A stretch of DNA of 64,000 nucleotides from Octopus sinensis (GCF_006345805.1 NC_043009.1:58032001-58096000); one strand, 5' to 3'; shown: positions 13,320-27,670, counted from the first letter of the stretch. Translations and numbers: made by a program. Notes: generated by a model not told the origin, from the letters alone.

Positions 13320-13377
<58 letters not shown>

Positions 13378-13378
13378 G

Positions 13379-13438
<60 letters not shown>

Positions 13439-13478
13439 CTTATATATACATACCTGTATATATATATATATATAGCTG

Positions 13479-13544
<66 letters not shown>

Positions 13545-14199
13545 GTATATATATATATATATATACATATATATATACACATATATATATATATGTATAT
13601 ATATGTAGTATATGTATATATGTAGATATACTTATATATATATATATATATATAAGTATATATATGTATATAAGAATATATGTTTGGGTGTATGTGTGTG
13701 TGTGTGCGAGGGAGAAGTGTGTGAATGTGTGTGTGCGTGTTTGTATGTATGCGCATGCACACTCCCTTATACTCGGGAAAACATGGACTGATACGTCAGC
13801 ACACACATATATGCATACACACAATTATATATCTTTCGTTCCGCTGGAGCTTTGGAATGTCATTTTAACTGTCGAATTTCCAACTTCAAATTAAATTTAA
13901 AAGAGGAACTGAAAAAATATAAAAGAAAGAAAAAATTCCTTGCAAAAAAAAATTATAAAATAAAATAAAATAAGAAAAAAATTGGAGGGAAAATTAGCAG
14001 ATCAAAACAAAAATATAATTCAGCAAAAGAGTAAATAACAAATAAAAGTAAAACATGGCAAAAAATAAATTTGAAAATATTATAAAACAAAAGGAAAAAT
14101 TCGTGTGAAAAATAAATCTTAAAATTAAAATAGAAATTAATTTAAGAAAATAGAAACGACATCCAATGGAGCCCCTTCTCCGAACAAATAATTTTTGTA

Positions 14200-14380
14200 T
14201 TATTGATCGAGTTGTTGTTGTTGCTGTTGTTGTTGTTGTTGTTGTTGTTGATGGTGGTGGTGGTAGTGGTGGCGGTGATGATAATGTTGATGATTCTAGT
14301 GCCGATGATGAAGATGAAGATGATGATGATGATGATGATGATGATGATAGTGATGATGATGATGATGATGATGATGATGT

Positions 14381-14418
<38 letters not shown>

Positions 14419-14772
14419 TTGATGATGATGATGGTGGTGATGTTGCCTGTTTCTGCAGCTTCTGTTGTTGTTGTTGTTGTTGTTGCTCTTACTGTTGTTA
14501 GCGATTTTTCTTGTGCGTTTGCAATTTTTGTGTGGGGGTAAATTAAAAATACATTGCACTCACTGATTTTTGCTTTTTTTCTTTTCTTTATGACGGCGAT
14601 GATGATGATGATGATGATGATGAGGATGTTGACGCCGATCAGGATCACAACTTTAACTAGCAGCGTCGTCGTCACCTTCGTACGCCCCTTCCTCCTCTTA
14701 CTCTCCTTACTCCTCCCCGTCATCATCCTCATCATAATCACCATCATTATCAGTTTCATCCACATCATCATT

Positions 14773-14823
<51 letters not shown>

Positions 14824-15118
14824 GTTATTATCATCATCATCATCATCATTATCATCATCGTCAACATCATCATCATCATCATCAACATCATCATCCTCAT
14901 CATCATCATCATCGTCGTCGTCGTCAACATCATTAACATCATCACTGTCGTTTTGAAGGTGTTGATGAGGAATTGTTTAATGAATGATGATGATGAGGAG
15001 GGTGACGGACGCCGACGAAGACCACGACGAAGACAACGATGAAAATGATGATGATGATGAAGAGGATAACTACGAGGATAATGACACCGTCGACGACAAG
15101 AATGATGATGAAGGCAGA

Positions 15119-15165
<47 letters not shown>

Positions 15166-15325
15166 CAACGACGACGACGGAGGTGGCGATTATGAAGACG
15201 ATGATGATGATGAAGATGGTGAAGATCTTGATGATGATGGTGGTGGTGTTGATAGTTATCGTGATGACAGTGACGATGCTGCTGCCGTTGCTACTGCTGC
15301 TGCTGCTGCTGATGATGATGATGCA
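14200..15325. repeat. Compound trinucleotide tract (GTT/GAT/CAT)n
   Basis: Alternating blocks of GAT and ATC triplets; source of the poly-M, poly-D and poly-H ORFs. Confidence 0.9.
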
Positions 15326-16274
15326 TGTGCATTCTTGTTGCATCTAATGTCGGTGAAGTCCGTCCTCCAAAAAAAAAATACCCATCCGTACAGATACGAT
15401 GATGCTGTTATTGTTCTCCATGTTGTTGTAGTTGTACTAGCTGCCATTGATGTTTATATTTTTTTCCTTGTTCTTGAGGTTCTCCGTTGTTTCTTGGTGT
15501 GACTGCCTTTGTTGTTGCAGTTCCTGTTGTTATTGTACTTGCCTTTGTTGTTGTTGTTGTTTATAGTGACTACAGTATCTGGAATTTCGCTGCCGATGTT
15601 CTTGTTGCTGTTGTTGTGTCTTTTGATGAAGCAATTACTATTTCTCTTATTGTTGTTGTTTGACTCAATTTTTTTTTGCTTTGTCTTCAGTATTGTTGTT
15701 GTTGTTGTTGTTGTTGTTGCTGTTGCGTTTTTTTTTTTAGTTGTTGTTTTCGTTTTTGTTAGAGCTTCTTTGAAGTTTTTGTTGCCGTCTTATTTATTTT
15801 TCTTTCTTTGCTATTTGTGGCTGTCTTTGACGACTGCAAGTGGTGCAGTACAGAGAAATCTACAGATGATTTTACAGCCGGCATATATGCACATACATGC
15901 ACAAATATGTGTTGCTGAACCTTCAAACGAACAAACAAATTCAATATAATAGCACACACACAGCTACCCCAAGCATATAGTGGGACAGACGTACATACGT
16001 ATTTTACTACACTTTGGCGAGAATTGAGGAATAGAATATAGGGGTGTGAGGGTGGGTGTTTGGAATATAAAAGAACATGATTAAAGAGTAAAGGTACCAA
16101 GAATCAAGGAGGAAGTTAAGAGTATACATACACATATACATATATGTGTGCATGTGTACATTTATATGCACATATACATGAGAAGAAATGCATATATAAC
16201 CATACAGACACAAACATATATATATGTGTGTGTGTGTGTGTGGAGAGAGAGAGAAAAACACACATCTATATATG

Positions 16275-16305
<31 letters not shown>

Positions 16306-16634
16306 GTATGTATATATATATATACGTACCTATATACATACACAAATAGTATACATATATGCTTATAGCTATACACACATACACCAATGCATATACATGA
16401 ATGTATACACAAATGCACACGCACATATATACATTGTGAAAGAGAGAGTGTGACATAACACGCACTCACACATACATACATACATACATACATACATACA
16501 TACATGCATATATGTATATATACGCATAAACACTCACTTTCACCAATAACTATGTGTGCGTATGTATATATACATATATTATATAAAACCACCCCAATAC
16601 ACACATACGCCTTCCTATGTGTGTACATATCCAT

Positions 16635-16689
<55 letters not shown>

Positions 16690-17198
16690 CCTATGTCTCT
16701 CTCTCTCTCTATCTCTCTCTCTCTCTCTTTCTCTGTATATATATAAAAATATGTGTATATCGGTCGATGTAAGTGAGCGTATATATAATCGTATGTATGT
16801 GCATGTATTTCTTAGGCAATTTCGGTTCACACAATTGCATCGTCATAGAATAATATTGGACATTATGTCTTATGTTTATTCTTGAATTCCCTTTCATTTT
16901 ATTATTTTATAACAATAATAAATATCATTAGATACCACAATCTTTCGTCTTTACATCTGCAACCAAGTCTCTGATATCTTTCCCCATTGCTGACGACATT
17001 CTAACACATAGTTTGCAATAAACTATCAGTGGCCAATTCCCATAAGTACAACGAACACAAAATTGCCAGCTCTAAGATTATGTATTTCGTATCTGTACGT
17101 CCGCATATTAGAATATGATAGCCAAACATTATGTGTTGATATTAATAATAACAATAACAACAACAACAACAACAATAATATTAATAAATAATAATAAT

Positions 17199-17244
<46 letters not shown>

Positions 17245-17681
17245 TAACAGTAGTCAGGATAATGAACCAAATCTAAGTACAGGCATTAGGTTGGTGAACT
17301 TTCTGGTGATTTACAGGATACACACACCTGCCCACGAACGCAAGTACACACGCACGCAAGCACTTGTACGCAGGTACACATACAACACATGCTGTTAAAT
17401 TAATAACAGCAATAAATGACAGAGTTTGTGTGTAATCAGGAAGTGAATATTATGTGGTATACAGTAACTTCACACAATATTAATAGGCCGAAATAATAAT
17501 ATGAAATGAAATAAAATGAAAAATGCTACTAACTAGAAGCGTAGTTGATGATGATTTTCAGCTTTGTTGCTTCATTCGTTATCATTTTCGACTTCATAAC
17601 CCTTCATAACCCTTCATAAAACGAACTACTTGCGTTTTCATCGATAGGCGTACAGCAGTCTATAGCATTGTTCCTTACATA

Positions 17682-18063
17682 TCTTTATATATAAAAGTCA
17701 AGTTGTGTGTCTGTCTCCTACGATTTAGATTCCTAACTACTCCCACATTTTGCGGTGCAGTTTAACCAAAACCGGGTATCTTATAGTCGTGATTCATATG
17801 GAGCACTTCTGGGTATTAGCGCGCGTCTACGATGAGTCTACGATTTTTAAAATATTTATCATTTTTTTCCATTTTAAAGCATTTTTTCGCTATTATATAA
17901 GGGAGGTAACTCTCTAAAATGTCTACGATGAGTCAATGATTTAAAAAAAAATTTACCATAATTTTTTTTCCATTTTTTTGCTATTTTTTGGCTATAACTC
18001 TGTAAAAATGCTTATATAGTTATTTCCCTTACAAACCCGAGCAACGCCGGGTGATACTGCTGG
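17682..18063 (+). mobile_element. Non-autonomous Helitron
   Basis: A|TCTTTATATATAAAAG at the 5' end. Subterminal hairpin CCCGAGCAACGCCGGG, then CTGG|T (variant of CTAG). Homologous to the copies at 53815-54723. Confidence 0.85.
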
Positions 18064-18352
18064 TCCTAAATATACAATTTCCTGTGTCAAACCTCCGAAC
18101 AGTTCAGGACGCTGAACTGTCTTATAATGAGATGTTTTTTTCCTGGATACAGGGTTTTGTAGCTTCATAAGCCACATCAACTCTACTGACCTTTTTGTTT
18201 TTGTTTTTCTTCCTGATTTCTTGTGAATATTAATCTATCCTGGATTATTGCCTTGAGTGAGGTCCCATTCTGAAAGTGCTTCGCTCGTCTGGCGAGTAAA
18301 CTCTCGCTTGGTCCTTCCAAAATAAATCTGTCTACATTAACAAAATAACTTA

Positions 18353-18692
18353 CTTTTTACTCTTTTCTTTTACTTGTTTCAGTCATTTGACTGTGGCCAT
18401 GCTGGAGAACCACCTTTAGTCGAGCAAAACGATCCCAGGACTTATTCTTCGTAAGCTTAGTACTTATTCTATCGGTCACTTTTGCCAAACCGCTAAATTA
18501 CGGGGATGTAACACACCAGCATCGGTTGTCAAGTGATTTGGGGGAACAAACACAGACACACAATCGTTTACACACACACACATATATATACATATATACG
18601 ACGGGCTTCTTTCAGTTTCCGTCTACAAAATCCACCTACAAGGCTTTGGTCGGCCCGAGGTTATAGTAGAAGACACTTGCTCAAGGTGCCAT
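18353..18692 (-). mobile_element. SINE family A, lacking the tRNA head
   Basis: Tail, internal (CA/TA)n tract and part of the 5' half match the other copies. Confidence 0.85.
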
Positions 18693-19563
18693 ATAAACAA
18701 TATTTTCCCCCCATATATTAATCGATCGTCGCCAGGAAATTCCTAGCTATATTCGACAGCAGATACTTTTTATGATATGCTGACGAAAGGGCATTAATTG
18801 TTTTAGAGTATAGACAGGCCTTCTTATTTTGCATCCTACTTTCCATCCGTTTCGACCTTTCATAATGCTACCACTAAACAGGCAAACGATTAGTTATGAA
18901 TGCTATTTCATAATTTTTAATGAACTTTTACTACAGAATGCAACGAAAACTACATTCCTATTGTGCTTAAGCTGCATCCCATTACGCAGCCGATCCACTG
19001 TCTCCAAAATACCTAACAGTCATCGAATTGCCCGCTCAGTACGTAAGCCGAACTGGCTTATATGAACGATGATCATTTACCATTCAATGGTAATCAACCT
19101 TACTTAGATGTCATGGCTACCTCACCACTTCGTAATGATCAAACGTGCTTTTTGCATCTATGAGATATTTAGCAACACATATCCATGTTAAAATGTTAAG
19201 AGAAACTTAAGCCCATATATGGTAAGGACACATTTGTTTCACTTGGGGGCATACCTTTATGATCGCTTACCTATCTTAATGACCGATCGACGGTGAACAA
19301 ACTTCTATATTTGCTGAAAAACCTCCAGTTCCGTAGCGTTAATGATGCTTTATATGACACAACTTGAATAAAAAGATATGTATGATAAAATTGATATGCA
19401 AGTAAAATTACGACAACGCATCTATCAACGTATCCGCAGTTAAATTTGCTTTATGTTCTTTTCTCAGATAAAGGAACTCGAGAATTCTGAAGCGTAATAA
19501 CCTGATGAAAGAATGAAAATTGCAGCACTGCTCAAGATAATTCCTAATCATTTTGAACATTTT

Positions 19564-19977
19564 GCATAGGAGTGGCTGTGTGGTAAGAAGCTTGCTTACC
19601 AGCCAAATGGTTCCGAGTTCAGTCCCACTGCGTGGCACCTCGGGAAAGTGTTTTTACTATAGCCTCCGGCCGACCAAACCCTTGTGAGTGGATTTGGTAG
19701 ACGGAATCTGAAAGAAACCTGTCGTATATATGTATACACATATATATGTATGTGTGTGTATATATGTTTATGTGTCTGCGTTTGTCCCACAAACATCGCT
19801 TGACAACCGATGCTAGTGTGTTTACCTCCCCGTAACTTAGCGGTTCAGCAAAAGAGACCGATAGAATAAGTACTAGGCTTACAAAGAATAATTCCTGGGG
19901 TCGATTTGCTCGACTAAATGCGGTGTTCGAGCATGTCCACAGTCAAATGACTGAAACAATTAAAGAGAAAAAGAGTA
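19564..19977 (+). mobile_element. tRNA-derived SINE family A, full length, with internal microsatellite
   Basis: Head AGGAGTGGCTGTGTGGTAAG (A box), GGTTCCGAGTTCAGTCCC (B box), internal (TA/TG)n, conserved 3' half. Confidence 0.9.
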
Positions 19978-20764
19978 TTTCTATGGCAAATTAAAAATAA
20001 TCTTCTAAGATACACACTTTTGTTGATAAAGTAAAGAATATATGAAAGGAAAACCGCTACACACTCCAAGTTTGTACCTAACAAAACCAACAAAATGCAG
20101 AAATATAGATGATGCAACATAAAATATTATGATTGGAATGAAGCCTCATGCTTCACTTTTCAAGTCAAAAGACCGTGTAGCACGCCCAGCCATATGGCAG
20201 TGTCATCACCTGTAAAGAACAGAAATGTGCTTTCATTTTCAAGTGTGAATGCCGGCTAATTAAGCATTTTAGCAGAAAGATTGGCATATCAAGCAGGAGT
20301 ATTCTCGAAGCCATCAATGCAGTTATCACATGTCCGCAATTAGCTCAACGAAAATGCAGAGCTGCCATTAACAGCTGGGTCATCGGTGCTAGGAAATAAT
20401 CTGGCACACAAAATTTCATATCACTGTTTCCTATGCATTTTATTGATATCCCTCCTCATGAAAGCTACGGACTTCTAGGGGGCAATTAACTTGAACAAAC
20501 ACCTTCAAAACAAAACATAATCAAGAACACGAAGCTTGTTCGTTATTTTGCGTCTCTGTGGGAATTTATGATGGGAATGAAGTCGTTGATCTCTTTGGAA
20601 TATTTATTCTTGGTACTCACAATAATGCACATCCACAGCCGAGATGTTCCGAGCCGTATAAACCGCCCCGCTGTTGGTACATTTAAGAAGGCTTTGTCAT
20701 GAACCATTGGTTCTTTGGTTTAAACATAACTACGGCCAGCAACCTAACCACGGTCAACTTAATG

Positions 20765-21177
20765 CATTCTTTTACTCTTTTACTTGTTTCAGTCATTTGA
20801 CTGTGGCCATGCTGCAGCACCGCCTTTAGTCGAGCAAATCGACCCCAGGACTCATTCTTTGTAAGCCTAGTACTTATTTTATCGGTCTCTTTTGCCAAAC
20901 CGCTAAGTTACGGGGATATAAAAACACCACTATCGATTGTCAAGCGATGTTGGGTGGACAAACACAGATGCACAAACAGATACACACACGTATATATATT
21001 TATACATATATACGGCGGGCTTCTTTCAATTACCGTCTACCAAATCCACTCACAAGGTTTTGGTCGGCCCGAGGCTATAGTAGAAGACACTTGCCCAAGT
21101 TGCCACGCAGTGGAACTGAACCCAGGACCATGTTGTTGATAAGCAAGCGACTTACCACACAGACACTCCTACGCCTA
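20765..21177 (-). mobile_element. SINE family A, full length
   Basis: Reverse-complement match to 19564-19977. Confidence 0.9.
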
Positions 21178-21192
21178 TGATATAAATGTGTG

Positions 21193-21312
21193 ATGCTTAC
21201 AGCACCTAGGTTTCCAAAGCGCTCACCCATCTAAGTACTAACTAGGCTCGACATTGCTTAAATTCGGTGATCGGACGAGAACCGGTGCTTTCAACGTGAT
21301 ATGGCCGTATGT
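21193..21312 (-). rRNA. Dispersed 5S rRNA copy, probably a pseudogene
   Basis: Revcomp ACATACGGCCATATCACGTTGAAAGCACCGGTTCTCGTCCGATCACCGAATTTAAGCAATGTCGAGCCTAGTTAGTACTTAGATGGGTGAGCGCTTTGGAAACCTAGGTGCTGTAAGCAT (120 nt) follows the metazoan 5S consensus. It has helix-I mismatches, apparent substitutions in the A/C boxes and no T4 terminator. Confidence 0.9.
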
Positions 21313-22566
21313 TATTTAAAACTTTTAAAACAGGCAAGTATTGCCTCTATACAAAATCAAAAGTATAGACTGCATATAATCATCTTCATAGATATTCCAG
21401 TCCGACTATCAAATATCTTTAGAAAATCAGCAGCTGACATAAGCTTGTGTAACTCGAATCTATCCTCTGAGATAACAACGATAGAGCTGAATGCTATGAA
21501 GGATTGCCTATAATTAAAATTTAGTATACACCAATAAATATTTAGTATACACCACACGTATCGTCGAACAGAATTACGAACAGAAAGAAAAATGTTTAAA
21601 TTCTGCGTCCAGTCTATTTCTTTGTATATATAACGAGGAAGTCTTTATCACTGCTTAGGAAACGCTTTAAAAATTCGCATAAATACTACAAGATTTTTTA
21701 ATGAGCGTAATGTAAAAGGTAGATACTTTTGTTTACAGAGCAAAGATTTGTAGAGTATCGACTACTTCACACAAAATATACACCTATGCAAAACTATTCT
21801 ACAGCAAACCTGGATTTGCTGAAGTTAATCCACATCTGCGATGAGTGGATTTCATTTTATTGCCGCAGTTGATGACATTTCGAGAAAATATACAGCAGTT
21901 ACACCGAATCATTTCAAAATTTCAAAGAGAGTGTCACATCGCCACCCTTTCTCAGCTGACTTTGGTAGCTGGGAAATAGCAAGTCAACTATAATGTAGAA
22001 CATTCTGAAAGGCGCTCCTAACAAGTCCGTGCAACTTCAATATTTTCTCTACACAAAAAGATTCCACATATTCTATTAGTCCGTTTTTCCCATAGCCATT
22101 AGTTGTTAATAGTATCTGTTAGTCCTGATGAGGTTTAAACTTTTACAAGAGTTTATGCAAAAAAAAAAAACGCAAGGGGACTCCTCATACCTGCATTGCT
22201 TTAACTCTTTCCTAGGCGTTAAACATTGTCAGTCACTATAAAACCTAGCAGTTGGAGAATAACTGGCTTATACATGTGTTCCAAAATGATAAAAAAGAAC
22301 GAGAAGTACATATTATGCAATGAAAATGATAGCGAGCTTTAGCTAGAAAATTTGGATGCCTACACAACCGGTGTTTCCATTTCCGAAACGTTAGAAATGC
22401 TTAGTTTTGCGATTTGGGTGATTTTACCGATGCAAATTTTAGCGATGCAAATAATATATACAAATATTGATGTATGCATATGCATTTCCACATTAATACG
22501 TGCACCCACACATATATGAACGAACGCGTATATATATACATGTGTGTGTTTGTGTGTGTGTGTGTA

Positions 22567-22618
<52 letters not shown>

Positions 22619-22799
22619 TGATTGTGCGTTGAATAAAGTTACAACATGGTTTGGTTTTAACGTTTTTTAATTATCGTATTTAAAAAAAATGTTTTTAGAA
22701 TGTTAAGTTTGTTAAAGAGCAAGAAAAATACTTTGTAATGTTCATAAAGTCCAATTAGCGCTTTCATACGTTCGGAGTAATCAGTAGATTTCAAAATAG

Positions 22800-24515
22800 A
22801 TTAACTGATAGTTAAGTTGAGTGCTTGATAATTGTAGCAAACTGACTGTCTTCCTTTTTTATACCTTTTAGAAGGCTCCGATCGGCTGAATTTTTCGAAT
22901 ACGGTTGTCATCAATCAGCTTGCATATTAAACGTCACGCGTTGCCAGGCGCACCGATATTACTAGCATAGATCCCACCTTTATTTGAACCGTTTATCTTG
23001 CGGTGTAGATGTAATAGTTTTATGAGTGAGCAAACTTAGTTGGTTTCGATCGTTTTTATTTCAATCGGTGGGAGTCTTCTATAATTTGTCTATATCCATA
23101 TCTTAAAGATATATTTTAATCTACATCATTAACTGGTTGTTATAATATTGTTGTTATTTCCGTTCAGAACAGGTTTGAACATTTCAATAAAACGTTTTTC
23201 TGTTACGTTTCTTCCAACCTCACTTGTGGTCATGTAGTTTGTAGAAAGGAAAGATTAGAGACAGTTTCTGAGCACGTGTTTCTATATGTTCGCTCATTGG
23301 AATTTAGCGAACATTAGTTTTCCAGATTTATTGTCTGCGAACTCATGTGCGTTCCGATAATGCATTCCCTGTCTCGTCAATATGCAGTTTCTCGCAATTC
23401 GGGCATTTAATGCATTGGATCTAATTTCTGGTTTTGCAATTCATATCTGCATTTACGAAAATCTGTACATTTTTGTTCTAAGGGATCTACGAATAGGCAT
23501 GTATTGACACGCCCCACATCTGTTATCATTACACTTGCATGATATGAATGTTTTCTCCTGTTTATTCATGTTGAATTTTTTACTTTGTAATTAGTTTTTT
23601 AAGTTATGTGATTGCCTTTGATTTAAGGTGTTTGATTATAAATTTAAACAAAAATTTTTCGCCTTGTTTCATTATTGGCAAATTTGTTTTGATGATGTTA
23701 AAAAGGTTTTGGTGATGCGGATTATGTTGCTAGAAATGGTAATGTGTTCCGTTTATGGTTTCCTCTTTCTAGTGATGCCCTAAGTTGTTCTATAGGTATC
23801 TCTTTTGCTCGTTGTATGCTATTTTCTATAAGTAGGAGTGGGTATTTTTGCTTGCGCAGAAATCCTTTGTGTTCTATAAGTCGTATGTTCCTGGTATTTG
23901 ATCATCTACAATAGTACAAATTTTCCCGAGTAGACAGTACGGGGTGTTTCGTTTTGTGCGTGTTGGGTGGCATGAATTGAAATTTATATTCTGGTGTGTA
24001 TCTGTGCCTTTGTAATAAATATCAGTTGTGATGGTGATGTTCTTTTTGATTACCATTATTCAAGCAATGGTAAATGTGCGTTGTTCCTTTCTCTTGGGAC
24101 TACGGTGTAGACAGCTGAGGAGGGTGCTTGAATTCTTCCAGATTTCCAAGGGATTTGGTCCAGATAAGTAAATATTCATCGAGGTATCTTTTCCACGTGT
24201 TCTCTATATGTCTTCTAAATGTCATGCCGTAGTTTTCTTCAATTTTTTAAATATAGATTTTGTTCCAAGTATCCCAATATTGAGTTCGTGAAAACTGGAG
24301 CAAATCGCATGCCCATAGCTGTGTCTCGAATTTGGAGGTAGTTTATTTTCCTGTTTAAAAGGAATGTATTATTTTCGAGGATGAGACTGACGGCATCTTG
24401 TATGAAGGCTACGGTAAATCTACAGAAGATCACTTCTCTATATTTCTCGATCCAATATTTTATGACAGTATATCCCAGATAATGTGGAATGTTCGTATAT
24501 ATGTTTGTTACATGT
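22800..24515 (-). mobile_element. Penelope-like element (RT plus GIY-YIG), 5'-truncated and degraded
   Basis: VTNIYTNIPH; TAMGMRFAPVFTN; ERYLDEYLLIW; DIYYKGTDTHQNINFNSCHP; linker CKCNDNRCGACQY; CIKCPNCEKLHIDETGNALSERT...IPMSEHI; ends KPVLN. Confidence 0.9.
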
Positions 24516-24935
24516 GGATGGGATTTAAACAGCATACTACAAGGCATCTACAAGAATGTAAAATTATTACATTTATGCATATGTGTGTGTATGGGCATGT
24601 GTATGTGTGTGTGTCTGTGTGTAACATTGCTTCAAAACATCTTCATTTAAAATTTCCGTCCAGATCTGTTATTTGTAGTTTCGCGAACCGTAACTTTCCA
24701 AAGGGTCGAGGAGAGGTTAGACGAACATCAAAGTAGCCTGGATCTTTGGTGTTTACTTAAAAACATCATCCTTTATATCTAGAAGTACAGCTAACATCCG
24801 TATGTAATAGCTATCTTTAAATTAAAATCCACTGGCCTAGACTAGTCACATTAATCTCATTCGGTGGAAAAGCTGATTCGCGAGTCTGCCAGCAACAAAT
24901 TTAGACCAAAAAAGAAACGTAGTTATTATGAATCG

Positions 24936-25004
<69 letters not shown>

Positions 25005-25237
25005 TTATAATAATAATAATTCATCAATATATTTAACCTTATATGACTGAGATTCTTTTCAACTTACAGCTTTATTATTTCTGTGAAAATACTTATATAC
25101 ATTATATGATTTCTGCATAGAAACAATATACATACATACATTAATATACATATATATACATACATACATATACATACATACATACATGCATACATAAATG
25201 ATATATATATATACATACATAAAATATTTATACATAC

Positions 25238-25300
<63 letters not shown>

Positions 25301-26156
25301 ATATATATATATATATAATATATATTATATGTATGTATATATATGTGTGCAGATATGTGTACATAAATATATATTTAAACATATATATGTATACGTGTAT
25401 ATATATATTATATTATATATATATCATAAAACAAACACACACACACACACACACATATATATGTGTGTGTATGTGTGATTTCTGTGGCTCACAATAGTTC
25501 TGGGTGTGTCTGTGTTTTCGATTATGGAACTAATTGGTAATTAGAGACAGATTGAAAGAGAATAACTGAGTGAAAATAGTTTTGTGAGGGAAAGAGAGAA
25601 TCGATAGGAAAAATTAGAAGCATAGGATCATAGTGTTGTGTAAGGAAAGAGTGACTCATCCTAATTTCAATATACAGTAATGGATAGGCTGGTGCACAAA
25701 GTGGGCGGGGATGATAGTAGTATAGTGGTAATAGTAGGAATACTAGGTTTAGTATATGATTTATCTATCTATCTATCTATCGATATACTTAATGGATAAT
25801 AAAACGAATGGTTTACACCTGATAGCTTACTGGTAAAGCACGGTCACTTTCAAAGTGATCGTCAGGTAAATAACAAATATTATGTATTAACTATATGCTT
25901 ATACAGACACACACTCAAACACGATATATATATATATATATTATAATATATATATATATATATCTAGTAGTTGATACAGACATGAAAACACAACAACGCA
26001 GGACGTGAAACAAGTATGTGTTGTTGGACGCTCAGGAAAGAAGGAAAGAACGAGTATTAACGTTTCGAGTAGAGCTCTTCGTCAGCAACATAGAAAAAGA
26101 AAAGGTCCAAGGGAGGAAGACGGAGGAAAGAAAATCGCCAACGAAACACACGCGAT

Positions 26157-26190
<34 letters not shown>

Positions 26191-26344
26191 ATATATATAT
26201 ATATATATAACGGGAAGCTTTATGAAAATAAACAAAAGACGAAGGCAGGTGGAAGACAAACGAACAATTGTATTAGTATGGCGCTCAGGAAATATATATA
26301 TATACACGCACACACATACGCACACATATATATATATATTCTTC

Positions 26345-26776
26345 TAGTCTTTTACTTGCTTCAGGATTTTCACTGCATCATGCTGGAGCACTGACTTTTA
26401 GTCGATAGATTAAGGGGACGTAAACACACCAGCATCGGTTGTCAAGTATGGTGGGTGGTGACAAACACACACACAAATATACACACGCGCACACACATAC
26501 ACTTAAACACACACTCACAAACACACACGCACACACACTCATACAAACACACACACACACACACACATAGAATTTTTTTCAGAATGAGATAAAAACCAAG
26601 GCTGTGAAGATTTTAGAACATTTATAAATGCTGATATACGACCTACGTTGAACTCCTTATTCGCATAAGCACCGAACCTGGAGCTTAACTATGGTCTGTT
26701 CATAGCACACACTAAGCATTACCTGACACCTCAAGGTCTCAATGACACCATTACCTCTCATGACCCCACCTCTATC

Positions 26777-26823
<47 letters not shown>

Positions 26824-26928
26824 ATATATATATGACAGGGTTTTCCATTTGCCCAAAGTGCTACGCAGTGGGACTTAACGCGGAAACATATGGTCAAGAA
26901 GCAAGCTTCTTACCAAAAAACTACGCCT

Positions 26929-26930
<2 letters not shown>
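26345..26930 (-). mobile_element. SINE family A, degraded and split
   Basis: Tail-like sequence at 26345-26465 and head-like sequence at 26835-26930, separated by microsatellites and about 190 bp of other DNA. Confidence 0.6.
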
Positions 26931-26968
<38 letters not shown>

Positions 26969-27061
26969 CATAGATATATGCATTTATATGCATATATATA
27001 CGTATATATACGTATGTATATATGTATATATATATATATGTGGGTGTGTGTGGGTGTTTGT

Positions 27062-27110
<49 letters not shown>

Positions 27111-27354
27111 GATAATATGACTGTGAATGAACATTAGCAGATATTAAGTATGAAGAACTCCAAATAGTTAATTAGACAATTGGATATATGCAGGATAAAA
27201 CTTAGAAAGAGAGAGAGAGAGGGTGAGAGAGATAGGCAACCAGTCAGCCAGGTAGATAGAGTCAGGCACAGTGTGAGGCAGCCAGAAGGAAAGAAAGGAA
27301 GAAAGAAAGAGAGGCAGACAGCCAGACAGACAAACACACACACACAGAAATTAG

Positions 27355-27454
27355 NNNNNNNNNNNNNNNNNNNNNNNNNNNNNNNNNNNNNNNNNNNNNN
27401 NNNNNNNNNNNNNNNNNNNNNNNNNNNNNNNNNNNNNNNNNNNNNNNNNNNNNN
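27355..27454. other. Assembly gap (100 N)
   Basis: Run of N. Confidence 1.
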
Positions 27455-27479
27455 TGGTTATTTCCCTTGATTGTTAAAG

Positions 27480-27670
27480 TGAAATATATTAGGCATATAT
27501 AAGGATCCCTTCCAGGGGCTCTGTTATCGATTGCTTCAGATATCTGAGTGTGTATAAGGTTTCCATGTATGAGTTCTACTCACGTGTCAAGTTTCATCAA
27601 AATCGATAAAACGATATAGGAGGAGTTAGCTAATACTCCACAAACACACTCACAGACAGAATTTTCCACA

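Noticed and set aside
21340-21900. Short open frames after acceptor-like sites (QSFIAFSSIVVISEDRFELHK on minus; QRFVEYRLLHTKY on plus)
   Set aside because: No convincing in-frame donors or homology; expected by chance in AT-rich DNA.
22120-22160. CTGATGA hammerhead-like core (also at about 51347)
   Set aside because: No correctly placed GAAA or closing stems.
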